IMG/VR virus record: IMGVR_UViG_3300027733_000053
Direction: 5' to 3' (one strand)
Length of the DNA stretch: 20,000 bases
DNA from: an uncultured virus (IMG/VR IMGVR_UViG_3300027733_000053)
Taxonomy: Duplodnaviria > Heunggongvirae > Uroviricota > Caudoviricetes > Crassvirales
Shown here: positions 1-7,705 of the stretch, in pieces
How positions within the stretch are numbered: position 1 is the stretch's first letter
Layout: each line of letters starts with the position of its first letter
Made by a program: the position numbers and the translations under genes
Notes under the pieces: model-generated
Told to the model about the DNA's origin: nothing
The model's database searches: none
Seen by the model: only the letters and a program-made list of their open reading frames with translations

Positions 1-45
1 ACATTGCTATCGAAATAGAAGAAGAACAATTAATTTTAAAATAAA

Positions 46-234
46 ATGGGAGAACCACTAACAGACGAATCCCCGATGCCTTTCGGGAAGTACAGCCAGC
101 ACAGGATGGAGGATGTTCCTGCATCATACTTAATATGGTTTAAGGAAAACGTTGCACCAACATATGCTAACCAAGGCGTACACGATTACATTGATGACAA
201 CATGAATGTATTGATGAAAGAATTAAAAGGATAA
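46..234 (+). CDS. Small MPFGKY-motif protein (DUF3820/QSregVF_b-like, exonuclease X C-terminal-like domain)
   Basis: 62 aa with MPFGKY...M.DVP.SYL.W signature; A-rich start context. Confidence 0.75.
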   Translation: MGEPLTDESPMPFGKYSQHRMEDVPASYLIWFKENVAPTYANQGVHDYIDDNMNVLMKELKG

Positions 235-237
235 ACT

Positions 238-663
238 ATGAAGGCACTACACGAATTTAAGACAGAACAACTTTACAAGGATTATCTTGTAATATATTTC
301 TCTAGTCAGTTTGTTTCTTCAGGAATAGTACCCGACAGAATAGTTGTTGACATGATTACACAGCTAGTAGATAAGATGCCGATGAATCGTCCAAAGGCGA
401 TCCGCTCAGAAAGAGAAACAAAAACAATTGTTGAGCGTAAGAAAGATTTTATACTATCTTTGCAACCTTTCTTAAAGGATTACGGAAAGGATATGCTTAA
501 CGACTTCTATTCCTATTGGACTGAGGAAACAAAAGACAAGGAGAAATTCAGGATGGAACTTGAGAAGACATGGACATTAGAAAGACGCTTAAAGAATTGG
601 AAGAATAACAATAATGGATTCAATAAGACACAAACATTACCAACACTACAAGGAACTATATGA
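238..663 (+). CDS. Putative replication initiator/replisome-organizer-like protein
   Basis: C-terminal DFYSYWTE...FRMELEKTWTLERRLKNW motif resembling Bacteroidota phage initiator C-termini; ATGA overlap with the helicase. Confidence 0.55.
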   Translation: MKALHEFKTEQLYKDYLVIYFSSQFVSSGIVPDRIVVDMITQLVDKMPMNRPKAIRSERETKTIVERKKDFILSLQPFLKDYGKDMLNDFYSYWTEETKDKEKFRMELEKTWTLERRLKNWKNNNNGFNKTQTLPTLQGTI

Positions 664-1682
664 GCAAGCAATCCTATTTTAGAGCAACAGACGTTTTTCT
701 TGAACTTAACCAACTTCGTGATGAAGGGGTATCTCGTGGTGAGTTATGCGGACTCACATCGCTTGATGAATTGTTCACTCTAAAGAAAGGATACCCTCTA
801 TTCATAGCAGGTGCGCCATATTCTGGGAAAACCGAATTCGTTCTTGAGATACTTTTGAACAGCTCAATATTGTATGGATGGAATCATTTCCTATATATCG
901 GAGAGGGAGGAGATGTTCAGAACGTCTTTGGAGAATTAATACATAAGTACACGGGCAGACCATTTGTTAAAACAAATCAATACCATATTGACGACAAAGA
1001 ATTTTGTCAGGCAGTGTTATTTATTAATAAACACTTTGTAATAGCTAACCACGACAAAGAATTTACTATAGGAGAATTTTATGCTTGCGTTATGGAGGCT
1101 GAGATGGAGTATAAGATTAAGTTCGATACTACCGTTTTTGACCCGTTTAACGACATTAAAGATGAAACAGAACAACACGGAGGCAGAGAGGATAAATATC
1201 TCGCCTCGGCTCTTAAAACGGTTCGTGTTGACTCTAAGAGAAATGACAGGATAAATATTTTGGTGAACCACATCGCAGATGTAAGGGCCGTTCAGGATAA
1301 GGACACGGGCAACAGGTACATGCCTCCCGCATTGCCTAACGAATGGGCGGGTGGAAGAACGTGGTGGAGAAGAGCCTTCACAATGCTTTTAGTCTATCGT
1401 CCTCCTACTTGGATGACCGATGCTAACGGAAAGCCTTACGAGGATAATGAGAGTCACATCTACGTTCAGAAGTCTAAGCCTAAAGGTATTGGTAAGACAG
1501 GAAGGGCAAGCATCTTTTGGGATTGGAAGAGAAACAGATATTGGTGCTACGATAAAAACAATCAGAAGGTGTACAGCTGTGAGACAGGAGAAACAATAAA
1601 GCATGAGATTACATCTCTTATCGAGGCAGGAAAAACATTTTTAGATGACACCTCAGAAATAAATTACAGCGATCCATTTTAA
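660..1682 (+). CDS. SF4 (DnaB/T7 gp4/Twinkle-like) replicative helicase, helicase domain only
   Basis: Walker A GAPYSGKT, Walker B VFDPFN, ILVNH motif, KSKPK before GKTG, acidic tail ending DPF. Confidence 0.85.
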   Translation: MSKQSYFRATDVFLELNQLRDEGVSRGELCGLTSLDELFTLKKGYPLFIAGAPYSGKTEFVLEILLNSSILYGWNHFLYIGEGGDVQNVFGELIHKYTGRPFVKTNQYHIDDKEFCQAVLFINKHFVIANHDKEFTIGEFYACVMEAEMEYKIKFDTTVFDPFNDIKDETEQHGGREDKYLASALKTVRVDSKRNDRINILVNHIADVRAVQDKDTGNRYMPPALPNEWAGGRTWWRRAFTMLLVYRPPTWMTDANGKPYEDNESHIYVQKSKPKGIGKTGRASIFWDWKRNRYWCYDKNNQKVYSCETGETIKHEITSLIEAGKTFLDDTSEINYSDPF

Positions 1683-1697
1683 AATAAATTAACGTTC

Positions 1698-1730
1698 TTT
1701 GATTTCATATCAATAAATTTATTATCTTTG
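1698..1730 (+). promoter_or_regulatory. Bacteroidota primary-sigma promoter
   Basis: TTTG (1698-1701), 21-nt spacer, TATCTTTG (1723-1730): matches TTTG-N19-21-TAnnTTTG. Confidence 0.8.
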
Positions 1731-1736
1731 GCTTAA

Positions 1737-1858
1737 GTTATAAATACGAGGACACGTATTGTATAGCAAGACATTTACATATCGGGGGAAACCCCTATCT
1801 ATAAATCGAAAGCCATCAACGTTGTGTCCTCAACCGAGATGGTTTTTGTATTTATAGC
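1737..1858 (+). ncRNA. Structured leader/antisense-type regulatory RNA with complementary hairpin loops
   Basis: Hairpin 1737-1767 (loop AGGACA), GGGG-GAAA-CCCC hairpin 1784-1795, long hairpin 1799-1857 (loop TGTCCT); starts just downstream of the promoter. Confidence 0.65.
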
Positions 1859-2176
1859 CTATCGTTGTAGTACAATCATACCCGATACAATAGACTTAAT
1901 GTTGTGAATATGATAGTGGTAGAAAATAATGCAATTAGTGGAAATAGTCCTGCACTGTCTTTGAGGTTGACAACAGGCAAACTAACAGCGAATAGCACAC
2001 ACTAATTACCGAAGGAAGCGGATACTTGTTATTATTTTGCCTAGTGATAATGAAAGTTAAAAAAGTTATCACACTCTTAATTACACTGGACTTTTAGAAA
2101 GAAGGGAGTGTAGCTAGTTAGGAAGAAGAACCTCCTATTACATATATCGAAGTAAACCATTTTAAAACCAAAAACT

Positions 2177-2995
2177 ATGAAAGAAATAACCATTAAAACA
2201 GCCGAGACAACGTTCTTAGCCCTAAAGAAGACTGCTAGCGAACTCGCTCAGAAGTGTGCGTCAATAGTAATCTCTGACGAATCATCCAAACAAATCGCCA
2301 TCCAAAACTATTCAATGCTGAAGGAGAAGATAGGACAGATAGAAGACATCCGTGTGAAAGAGAAGGCTCCGTATCTTGACGCTGGAAAGCAAATCGATGC
2401 ATTAGCCAAGGCTTTGAAAGAACCAATGGATGCAGTGTTGCAGGAAGGAAGAAACAAGATAAAGGAGTACGACACTATTCAGGCACAGATTGCTAAGATA
2501 GAGGCTGACAGACTGCAAGCAATAAAGGATGAGATTACAATTCATGCTAAAAATTCTATAACATTGTTTGATCAGTGCGACACTATCGAACTTTTATCTA
2601 AGGCACGAGACAGAGTTGTTGTTAACTTCATCCCGCCTATCGCTTGGCAAGAGATTGATGAAGTTAATCAGCTAACAAAAATATCTCTCAATGATTATTG
2701 CAAGCAAAGACGCATAGAGATTATGTCTCCCAAGCAGGCTGACGAATCCGTTACACAAATGATTAAGGAGGAGATTGCTGAGAAGATTGAGGAGGTTACT
2801 CCTGTAGCATATCAAAGCACAACGAAGATGCGAGGCACACCGAAGTTTAACGTGCTTGACCTAGGTGCTGTTCCGAGAGAATGGTTGATGTTGGACGAGG
2901 CTAAGGTGAAAGAATATCAGAGAGCAAACAAAGGAATAACGGGCATTGTAAACGGAATTGAATTTTTTATTGATTATAGTGTAACCATTAAATAA
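2177..2995 (+). CDS. Coiled-coil phage recombination-module protein (DUF1351/Gp157-like)
   Basis: 272 aa helical, K/E-rich; N-terminal IEDIRVKEKAPY and C-terminal DLGAVPREWLMLDEAKV...GIEF motifs. Confidence 0.55.
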   Translation: MKEITIKTAETTFLALKKTASELAQKCASIVISDESSKQIAIQNYSMLKEKIGQIEDIRVKEKAPYLDAGKQIDALAKALKEPMDAVLQEGRNKIKEYDTIQAQIAKIEADRLQAIKDEITIHAKNSITLFDQCDTIELLSKARDRVVVNFIPPIAWQEIDEVNQLTKISLNDYCKQRRIEIMSPKQADESVTQMIKEEIAEKIEEVTPVAYQSTTKMRGTPKFNVLDLGAVPREWLMLDEAKVKEYQRANKGITGIVNGIEFFIDYSVTIK

Positions 2996-3033
2996 TTATA
3001 ACGTACAACAGATAAATCTAAAACCAAAAAACT

Positions 3034-3324
3034 ATGAAAACAATCACATTCACACACAAAGACAAAAACTTATTTCACTTGTTGAAGGAGACCAACATCA
3101 TTGCTCAAGGACAAGTTCTAAAGGGCGAGGCTCGTATCACAGGATTCTCTAAGGAAGACATCTCGGTAGGAGACACGATGAGTATTATCGGAATAAATTA
3201 TCAGGTAATAAACGTTGTCGAAAGACGAGACCACAAGGGAGTGTTCCTCAATCCAGAAGACAACAAGGACAGCTTCTTCGAGGTACAAACAAAGTTCGAA
3301 AGAGTTGTAGAAACAAAGAAATAA
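3034..3324 (+). CDS. Hypothetical protein
   Basis: 96-aa ORF with the same start context as the 2177 gene. Confidence 0.7.
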   Translation: MKTITFTHKDKNLFHLLKETNIIAQGQVLKGEARITGFSKEDISVGDTMSIIGINYQVINVVERRDHKGVFLNPEDNKDSFFEVQTKFERVVETKK

Positions 3325-3325
3325 A

Positions 3326-3357
3326 TTTGCATAATTGAACAATAAGAATTACTTTTA
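3326..3357 (+). promoter_or_regulatory. Probable Bacteroidota primary-sigma promoter for the SSB-like gene
   Basis: TTTG 3326-3329, 20-nt spacer, TACTTTTA 3350-3357 (1 mismatch to TAnnTTTG). Confidence 0.5.
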
Positions 3358-3389
3358 CAAATATTATTAACCAATAAAACCATAAAAAA

Positions 3390-4193
3390 ATGTCAAGATT
3401 AACACCCGAAACAAAGTTAGAAAATCCATGCACACGATTCCTTGATTGGAGCGGTAGCGATGGTGTGTTTACGTATTTCGATAAACAAAAAGAAGCAGCA
3501 GAAAAAGGCACAGGTAAAACAGTTGTCGCTATTCCCTTTCAGTTTATCGTTCTCGATACACTTGTAACAATTGCTGGATACTCTGACGCTGACGAGAGTC
3601 GCTTTTGGAGTAACGAGATTCCTAAGAAGCAAATGAAGACTGCTGTCTTAAAGGTTCGTAACAAGAACGGAGCTGTCATCGAAGGAACTTACGAGAACAT
3701 CAAGGGTAAGCATTCAGGTATGAAGTACGCTGAGTCTATCTACATCGCTTACAAGGATGGTGCAGAATTTAAGTTAGGAAACATAAAGGCTGTAGGAAGT
3801 TTCTTGTCAGCATGGATTAACTATGTTGCAGGAGAAAAAGATGATAACAATAAGGTTATCTCATTGCCACACGATCCGTTCAAGGGCGCAATCTCTGTAG
3901 CGTCTGTGCTAGAGAAAAAGAAGGGCGCAACAAAGTATAAGGTTCCTGTGTTCGTCCCATCTGAAACAAAGCCTGAGACAGAAGCCAAAGCATTAGAGGT
4001 GGCTCGCGTATTGGAGTCGTATCTTTCCGAATATTTAAAGCAAAGCAATATCGTTTCATCTCCGACACCTTCTGCTGAAGAAGTTGAGGCAACGTTTGAT
4101 GCTATGCCATCAGCAAGAGAGGTTGCGATGGCTAAGAAGTCAACAAATCTGATTGCTCCTCCAATGGATGAGTTAAATGACTTGCCATTCTAA
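3390..4193 (+). CDS. Putative single-stranded DNA-binding/annealing protein
   Basis: Beta-rich core, low-complexity linker, acidic C-terminal tail DELNDLPF; flanked by its own promoter and terminator. Confidence 0.6.
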   Translation: MSRLTPETKLENPCTRFLDWSGSDGVFTYFDKQKEAAEKGTGKTVVAIPFQFIVLDTLVTIAGYSDADESRFWSNEIPKKQMKTAVLKVRNKNGAVIEGTYENIKGKHSGMKYAESIYIAYKDGAEFKLGNIKAVGSFLSAWINYVAGEKDDNNKVISLPHDPFKGAISVASVLEKKKGATKYKVPVFVPSETKPETEAKALEVARVLESYLSEYLKQSNIVSSPTPSAEEVEATFDAMPSAREVAMAKKSTNLIAPPMDELNDLPF

Positions 4194-4201
4194 TATCCAC
4201 T

Positions 4202-4232
4202 ATTAGCGGGGAGAAATCTCCGCTAATTTTTT
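4202..4232 (+). terminator. Rho-independent terminator
   Basis: ATTAGCGGGGA-GAAA-TCTCCGCTAAT stem-loop followed by a T run. Confidence 0.85.
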
Positions 4233-4242
4233 ACTTCTCACT

Positions 4243-4353
4243 ATGAAAAAGAAACCTACAAAACAGGAGCGGTTAGAACTCGCTAGAAAAATAATTGCTC
4301 AAGGAGAAAAGAAAGACCTTAAATCGTTAAACCAAAAAAACAAATCAAAATAA
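4243..4353 (+). CDS. Small basic protein (36 aa), not in ORF track
   Basis: MKKKPTKQERLELARKIIAQGEKKDLKSLNQKNKSK; TAATG coupling to the next gene. Confidence 0.55.
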   Translation: MKKKPTKQERLELARKIIAQGEKKDLKSLNQKNKSK

Positions 4354-4799
4354 TGGTTCTAAAACACTTTGGGTTAATTACCAACGGTCAGCGTCACTAC
4401 TACAATGATAAGCTACATAAGGCTTGTCTATCGGACTTAGAAGGCAAAGAGTTTGAGGAGACGATTAAGCTAAAGTTTAAGCGTGTGTCCTGCAATGCCT
4501 TTGGATACTATTACGGCTGTGTTATTGATACGGCTCTCAAGGCTGAGATGTTCGGAGGATGGGACAAGGATGAGATGGACGACTTCTTCTCCGACATGTT
4601 TCTTACATCCTACAAGACGCTCCGCATCAATCACCCAGGATCAGAGAAGGAGGAGCATTATACCATCAAGAAAGTGAGAAGCAAAGGAAACGGTTTCACA
4701 TCAAAGGAGATGGTTGAATTTGTTGACAAGGTGATAATATGGTTGGCACAGAATGACATCGTTGTTCCCCCTTCAGAAAACTATTCAGAAGAAAATTAA
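4353..4799 (+). CDS. NinB/DUF1367-like recombination protein
   Basis: NAFGYYYGCVI and TSKEMVEFVDKVIIWLA..DIV.P motifs. Confidence 0.6.
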   Translation: MVLKHFGLITNGQRHYYNDKLHKACLSDLEGKEFEETIKLKFKRVSCNAFGYYYGCVIDTALKAEMFGGWDKDEMDDFFSDMFLTSYKTLRINHPGSEKEEHYTIKKVRSKGNGFTSKEMVEFVDKVIIWLAQNDIVVPPSENYSEEN

Positions 4800-4816
4800 A
4801 ATTATTTTCAAAAAAG

Positions 4817-4844
4817 TGTAACCTTTTAAATGCACGTGTCGTAG
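4817..4844 (+). promoter_or_regulatory. Candidate ECF-sigma-type promoter
   Basis: TGTAAC (4817-4822)-N17-CGTA (4840-4843) in an intergenic gap ~25 nt before the ATG at 4868. Confidence 0.4.
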
Positions 4845-4867
4845 AACCATATAAAAAAACTAAAACT

Positions 4868-5065
4868 ATGAGCCAGAAACAACATTTCGACACAATAAAA
4901 TGCGAGGATGACCTTAGGGCATATTTCGTAAGACAACAACAGAAAGTTCAGGTTGTCTATCCATTCGTTCTTATGACAGAGTCAGAGGCAGTAAGAAAGG
5001 CTTACGACAAAATGATAAACGCTGTCCCTGCAAAGGAGATGCTTAACGTAAAGATAAAAAAATGA
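4868..5065 (+). CDS. Hypothetical protein (possible small DNA-binding protein)
   Basis: 65 aa; ATGA overlap with the next gene. Confidence 0.65.
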   Translation: MSQKQHFDTIKCEDDLRAYFVRQQQKVQVVYPFVLMTESEAVRKAYDKMINAVPAKEMLNVKIKK

Positions 5066-5289
5066 CAGACCTAGAAATATATTTAGAGGACTATCGTGAT
5101 GCTAAGATAACAGCCTCTGTTGAGCAGTTGATACAACACCTTCGTTGGATATATAAATCTGAGGGAGCAATCGCTACAGAAGAATATATTCAAGAGTTAG
5201 AGGGACTTGGATTAAACCATGAGACAGCTAAGGCTATTTTAATTGCTGCAGCGAATCCCGATCAACCATATAAAATCACGAGGATATGA
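5062..5289 (+). CDS. Hypothetical protein
   Basis: 75 aa; ATGA overlaps at both ends. Confidence 0.7.
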   Translation: MTDLEIYLEDYRDAKITASVEQLIQHLRWIYKSEGAIATEEYIQELEGLGLNHETAKAILIAAANPDQPYKITRI

Positions 5290-5843
5290 CAGAGGATGAC
5301 TTACGCAAGATGGGTATGGTTAAGGATGCTAACGGATACTATCGTAAAGAAAAGACTGTCCCTCAGCCGAGAGAGAAGACTCCTGTTAAAGAGGTAACTA
5401 AAAACGTTTACTTTAACAACATGGATATTCAAGATGTTTATGCTCAGTGTGAGAAGGACGGAACAATATTCATCAAGGGGAATGTGCCTTCGCTAAAGAA
5501 CTCTAAGCAGATATTTAAGAACAGCAAGACAGGAAAAAGTTTTATCACATCGTCAGCCCTTTGCAAGCAGTACGTTAAGGATACAGACATTCACTTCAGA
5601 GTGTTCAAGCCGAAGTTCTTGGAGATGATTAAGGGCAAGGACAAGCCATACAGAATACAAATGTTTTTCGTGAGAGATAAGCACAAAGCTTTCGATTATA
5701 TAAATATAAGTCAAATAATATTTGACCTTATGCAAACTCACGGATGGCTTGAGGATGATGACAACAGAAATGTAATACCTAACTTCGATTGTGGGTACGG
5801 ATATGACCCAAAAATGGCGGGAGTAATAATTAAAATTTTGTAA
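5286..5843 (+). CDS. rusA: RusA-like Holliday junction resolvase with N-terminal extension
   Basis: GNVPSLKNSK, FDYIN..Q...DL....W.EDDDN acidic motif, terminal GVIIKI strand. Confidence 0.75.
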   Translation: MTEDDLRKMGMVKDANGYYRKEKTVPQPREKTPVKEVTKNVYFNNMDIQDVYAQCEKDGTIFIKGNVPSLKNSKQIFKNSKTGKSFITSSALCKQYVKDTDIHFRVFKPKFLEMIKGKDKPYRIQMFFVRDKHKAFDYINISQIIFDLMQTHGWLEDDDNRNVIPNFDCGYGYDPKMAGVIIKIL

Positions 5844-5845
5844 CT

Positions 5846-5953
5846 ATGAAAAAATTATTCATCTTTCTTTTTCTCGTTGTAGTGTCAGGATTCATAGCAG
5901 TTCAGGTAATAGAGGAACAAGAATATCAAAAACAAATAATATGCAAGAAATAG
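5846..5953 (+). CDS. Small membrane peptide (35 aa), not in ORF track
   Basis: MKKLFIFLFLVVVSGFIAVQVIEEQEYQKQIICKK fills the gap between rusA and the KTSC gene. Confidence 0.55.
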   Translation: MKKLFIFLFLVVVSGFIAVQVIEEQEYQKQIICKK

Positions 5954-6162
5954 AAATGCTTCCTGTTGAGTCGAGTATAGTGTCAGAAATTGGATGGAGT
6001 AAGGACACTCTCCGCGTTAAATTCCCTACAGGTAGAGTTTACGATTACCACGGCATCATTGAGTATAAATACGACTTAATTATTAACGCTAAGTCGATAG
6101 GATCAGAATTCAAGAAGCAAACAAAGGGGCATAGCTATACACAAGTAAACAAACAAAACTAA
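5941..6162 (+). CDS. KTSC domain protein
   Basis: V.SS.V..IG......L.V.F..G..Y.Y.G.....Y..I.NA.SIG.EF pattern. Confidence 0.85.
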   Translation: MQEIEMLPVESSIVSEIGWSKDTLRVKFPTGRVYDYHGIIEYKYDLIINAKSIGSEFKKQTKGHSYTQVNKQN

Positions 6163-6166
6163 TATG
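6146..6166 (+). repeat. Gene-junction repeat copy 1 (TAAACAAACAAAACTAATATG)
   Basis: Identical 21-mer at 7706-7726; variants at 6345-6363 and 6443-6458. Confidence 0.8.
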
Positions 6167-6361
6167 TCAGACATAACGAAATGCAAAGGGCAAAACTGCC
6201 CAATCAAAGACCAGTGCAAAAGATACACAGCAAAAGATTCTATTTGGCAATCTTACTTTATGGAATCCCCTATTAAGGATGATAAATGTGAAATGTATTG
6301 GGGTGAAAAAAACGAAGATATTTTTAATCAGTTAAAATCAATACTAAACAAACAAGACTAA
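6164..6361 (+). CDS. Small Cys-rich phage protein (putative metal-binding)
   Basis: DITKC.G..CP.KD.C.RY...C..YW pattern. Confidence 0.75.
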   Translation: MSDITKCKGQNCPIKDQCKRYTAKDSIWQSYFMESPIKDDKCEMYWGEKNEDIFNQLKSILNKQD

Positions 6362-6363
6362 TG
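6345..6363 (+). repeat. Gene-junction repeat copy 2
   Basis: TAAACAAACAAGACTAATG. Confidence 0.75.
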
Positions 6364-6459
6364 AAAGACTACGAAATAATAAGATATTGGTTTGCAGGAA
6401 GTGAATCAATTAAAGCAGGGTGGATGTATAAACTAATAAAAAAAACAAGACTAATATGA
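6361..6459 (+). CDS. Small protein (32 aa), not in ORF track
   Basis: MKDYEIIRYWFAGSESIKAGWMYKLIKKTRLI; TAATG and ATGA coupled, lies between two junction repeats. Confidence 0.5.
   Translation: MKDYEIIRYWFAGSESIKAGWMYKLIKKTRLI
6443..6458 (+). repeat. Gene-junction repeat copy 3
   Basis: AAACAAGACTAATATG. Confidence 0.65.
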
Positions 6460-7700
6460 AAAAAATACTTTTCTTCCTTTTACTAGCACTTCCTCTACTT
6501 GTAAAAGCACAGTACTGTAGCCCAGCAACTACAAACGTAGCCATCACACCTACAACAACAGTTCAATTTACGGCTTCTTACTCTACAGGCAAGCGAGCAT
6601 TTAACTTTCCAGCTACAGCAGGATGTGTTTACACATTTTCTACTTGTGGCTTTACTACTGTAGACACCTATTTAAGACTGTACTCAACATCTACAGGTGG
6701 CACTTTGCTTACTACTAGTGACGATTACTGTAGCACTCAATCTCAAATCACTTGGACATGTGTGACCACAGGAACATATTCTATTTTGCTGACTAAGTAC
6801 AGTTGTGTAGCACTTACCGCTTCAACATATATGTCTTATGTTAAGTCATGTCCTGTTGTAGCAACAAACGACAATTGTGCAAGTGCCATTGCCATTACAC
6901 TACCTTACACAAGTGCTGTTACTTCAACAGTTGCAGCAACTAGTGATGTGCCTACAAGTGTCTCTTCTTGTGCTGCTCAAGGCAAAAACATATGGTACTC
7001 AGTAGTAGGCAACAACACAACATACACTGCTACTACATGTAATGCGTCTACAAACTTTGACACTGAAGTCAGAATACTTACAGGAACATGTAGTACTCTT
7101 AACAGTATGACTGAAGTAACATGTAACGATGATGATTTGTCTTGTTCTTCAAGTACTCGTTCAACAGCATCATGGTGTGCAGAATTTGGCTTCACCTATT
7201 ACATTTCAGTAGGAGGTTATGCTTCTACTTCTGGAGACGTAAAACTTACTGTTTCAAGTACAGGAGTGGCATGTAGTGCTTTACCCATTGAACTGCTGTC
7301 GTTTGACGTTTACATGGTTGACACAACCGTAAATGTTAAATGGTCTACTGCGACTGAAACTAACTGCGACTACTTTATTATAGAAAGATCTGTTAATGGC
7401 ATTGATTGGAAGGAAGTTGCTCAAGTGAATGGAAATGGAACAACATCAACAGTACATTTTTACAACACAATAGATTTGAATGCATCTTATGGGTACAACT
7501 ATTATAGATTAAAACAAGTAGATTACAGCGGTCATTATGAAATATACCCAATTAAAAGTGTGTATAAGCCATTTAAAAAACAAAACATTGTAATGATGGT
7601 AAACATTTTAGGACAACAAATAAAAGATTTAAGTGAGTTTAAAGGAATATTTTTTATAATTTATGATGATGGAACTATAGAAAAGAAAGTAAAATATTAA
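6456..7700 (+). CDS. Secreted Cys/Thr/Ser-rich protein resembling Bacteroidota T9SS cargo (two PPC-like beta domains + LPIELLSF Ig-like domain)
   Basis: Signal peptide ending VKA/Q; DTYLRLY..DD.C and NDNC...DTEV...CNDD domains; LPIELLSF...WSTATE.N...F.IERS.NG...YYRLKQVDY.G; short NILGQ..G.F...YDDG tail. Confidence 0.8.
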   Translation: MKKILFFLLLALPLLVKAQYCSPATTNVAITPTTTVQFTASYSTGKRAFNFPATAGCVYTFSTCGFTTVDTYLRLYSTSTGGTLLTTSDDYCSTQSQITWTCVTTGTYSILLTKYSCVALTASTYMSYVKSCPVVATNDNCASAIAITLPYTSAVTSTVAATSDVPTSVSSCAAQGKNIWYSVVGNNTTYTATTCNASTNFDTEVRILTGTCSTLNSMTEVTCNDDDLSCSSSTRSTASWCAEFGFTYYISVGGYASTSGDVKLTVSSTGVACSALPIELLSFDVYMVDTTVNVKWSTATETNCDYFIIERSVNGIDWKEVAQVNGNGTTSTVHFYNTIDLNASYGYNYYRLKQVDYSGHYEIYPIKSVYKPFKKQNIVMMVNILGQQIKDLSEFKGIFFIIYDDGTIEKKVKY

Positions 7701-7705
7701 CTCAC

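Noticed and set aside
1..44. 3' end of an upstream gene (IAIEIEEEQLILK*)
   Set aside because: Plausible but too short to assign.
1910..2005. 31-codon ORF (MIVVENNAISGNSPALSLRLTTGKLTANSTH) as an icd/ash-like leader peptide
   Set aside because: Lacks the A-rich start context of real genes here, has no recognisable motif and lies within paired helices; cannot be supported without conservation data.
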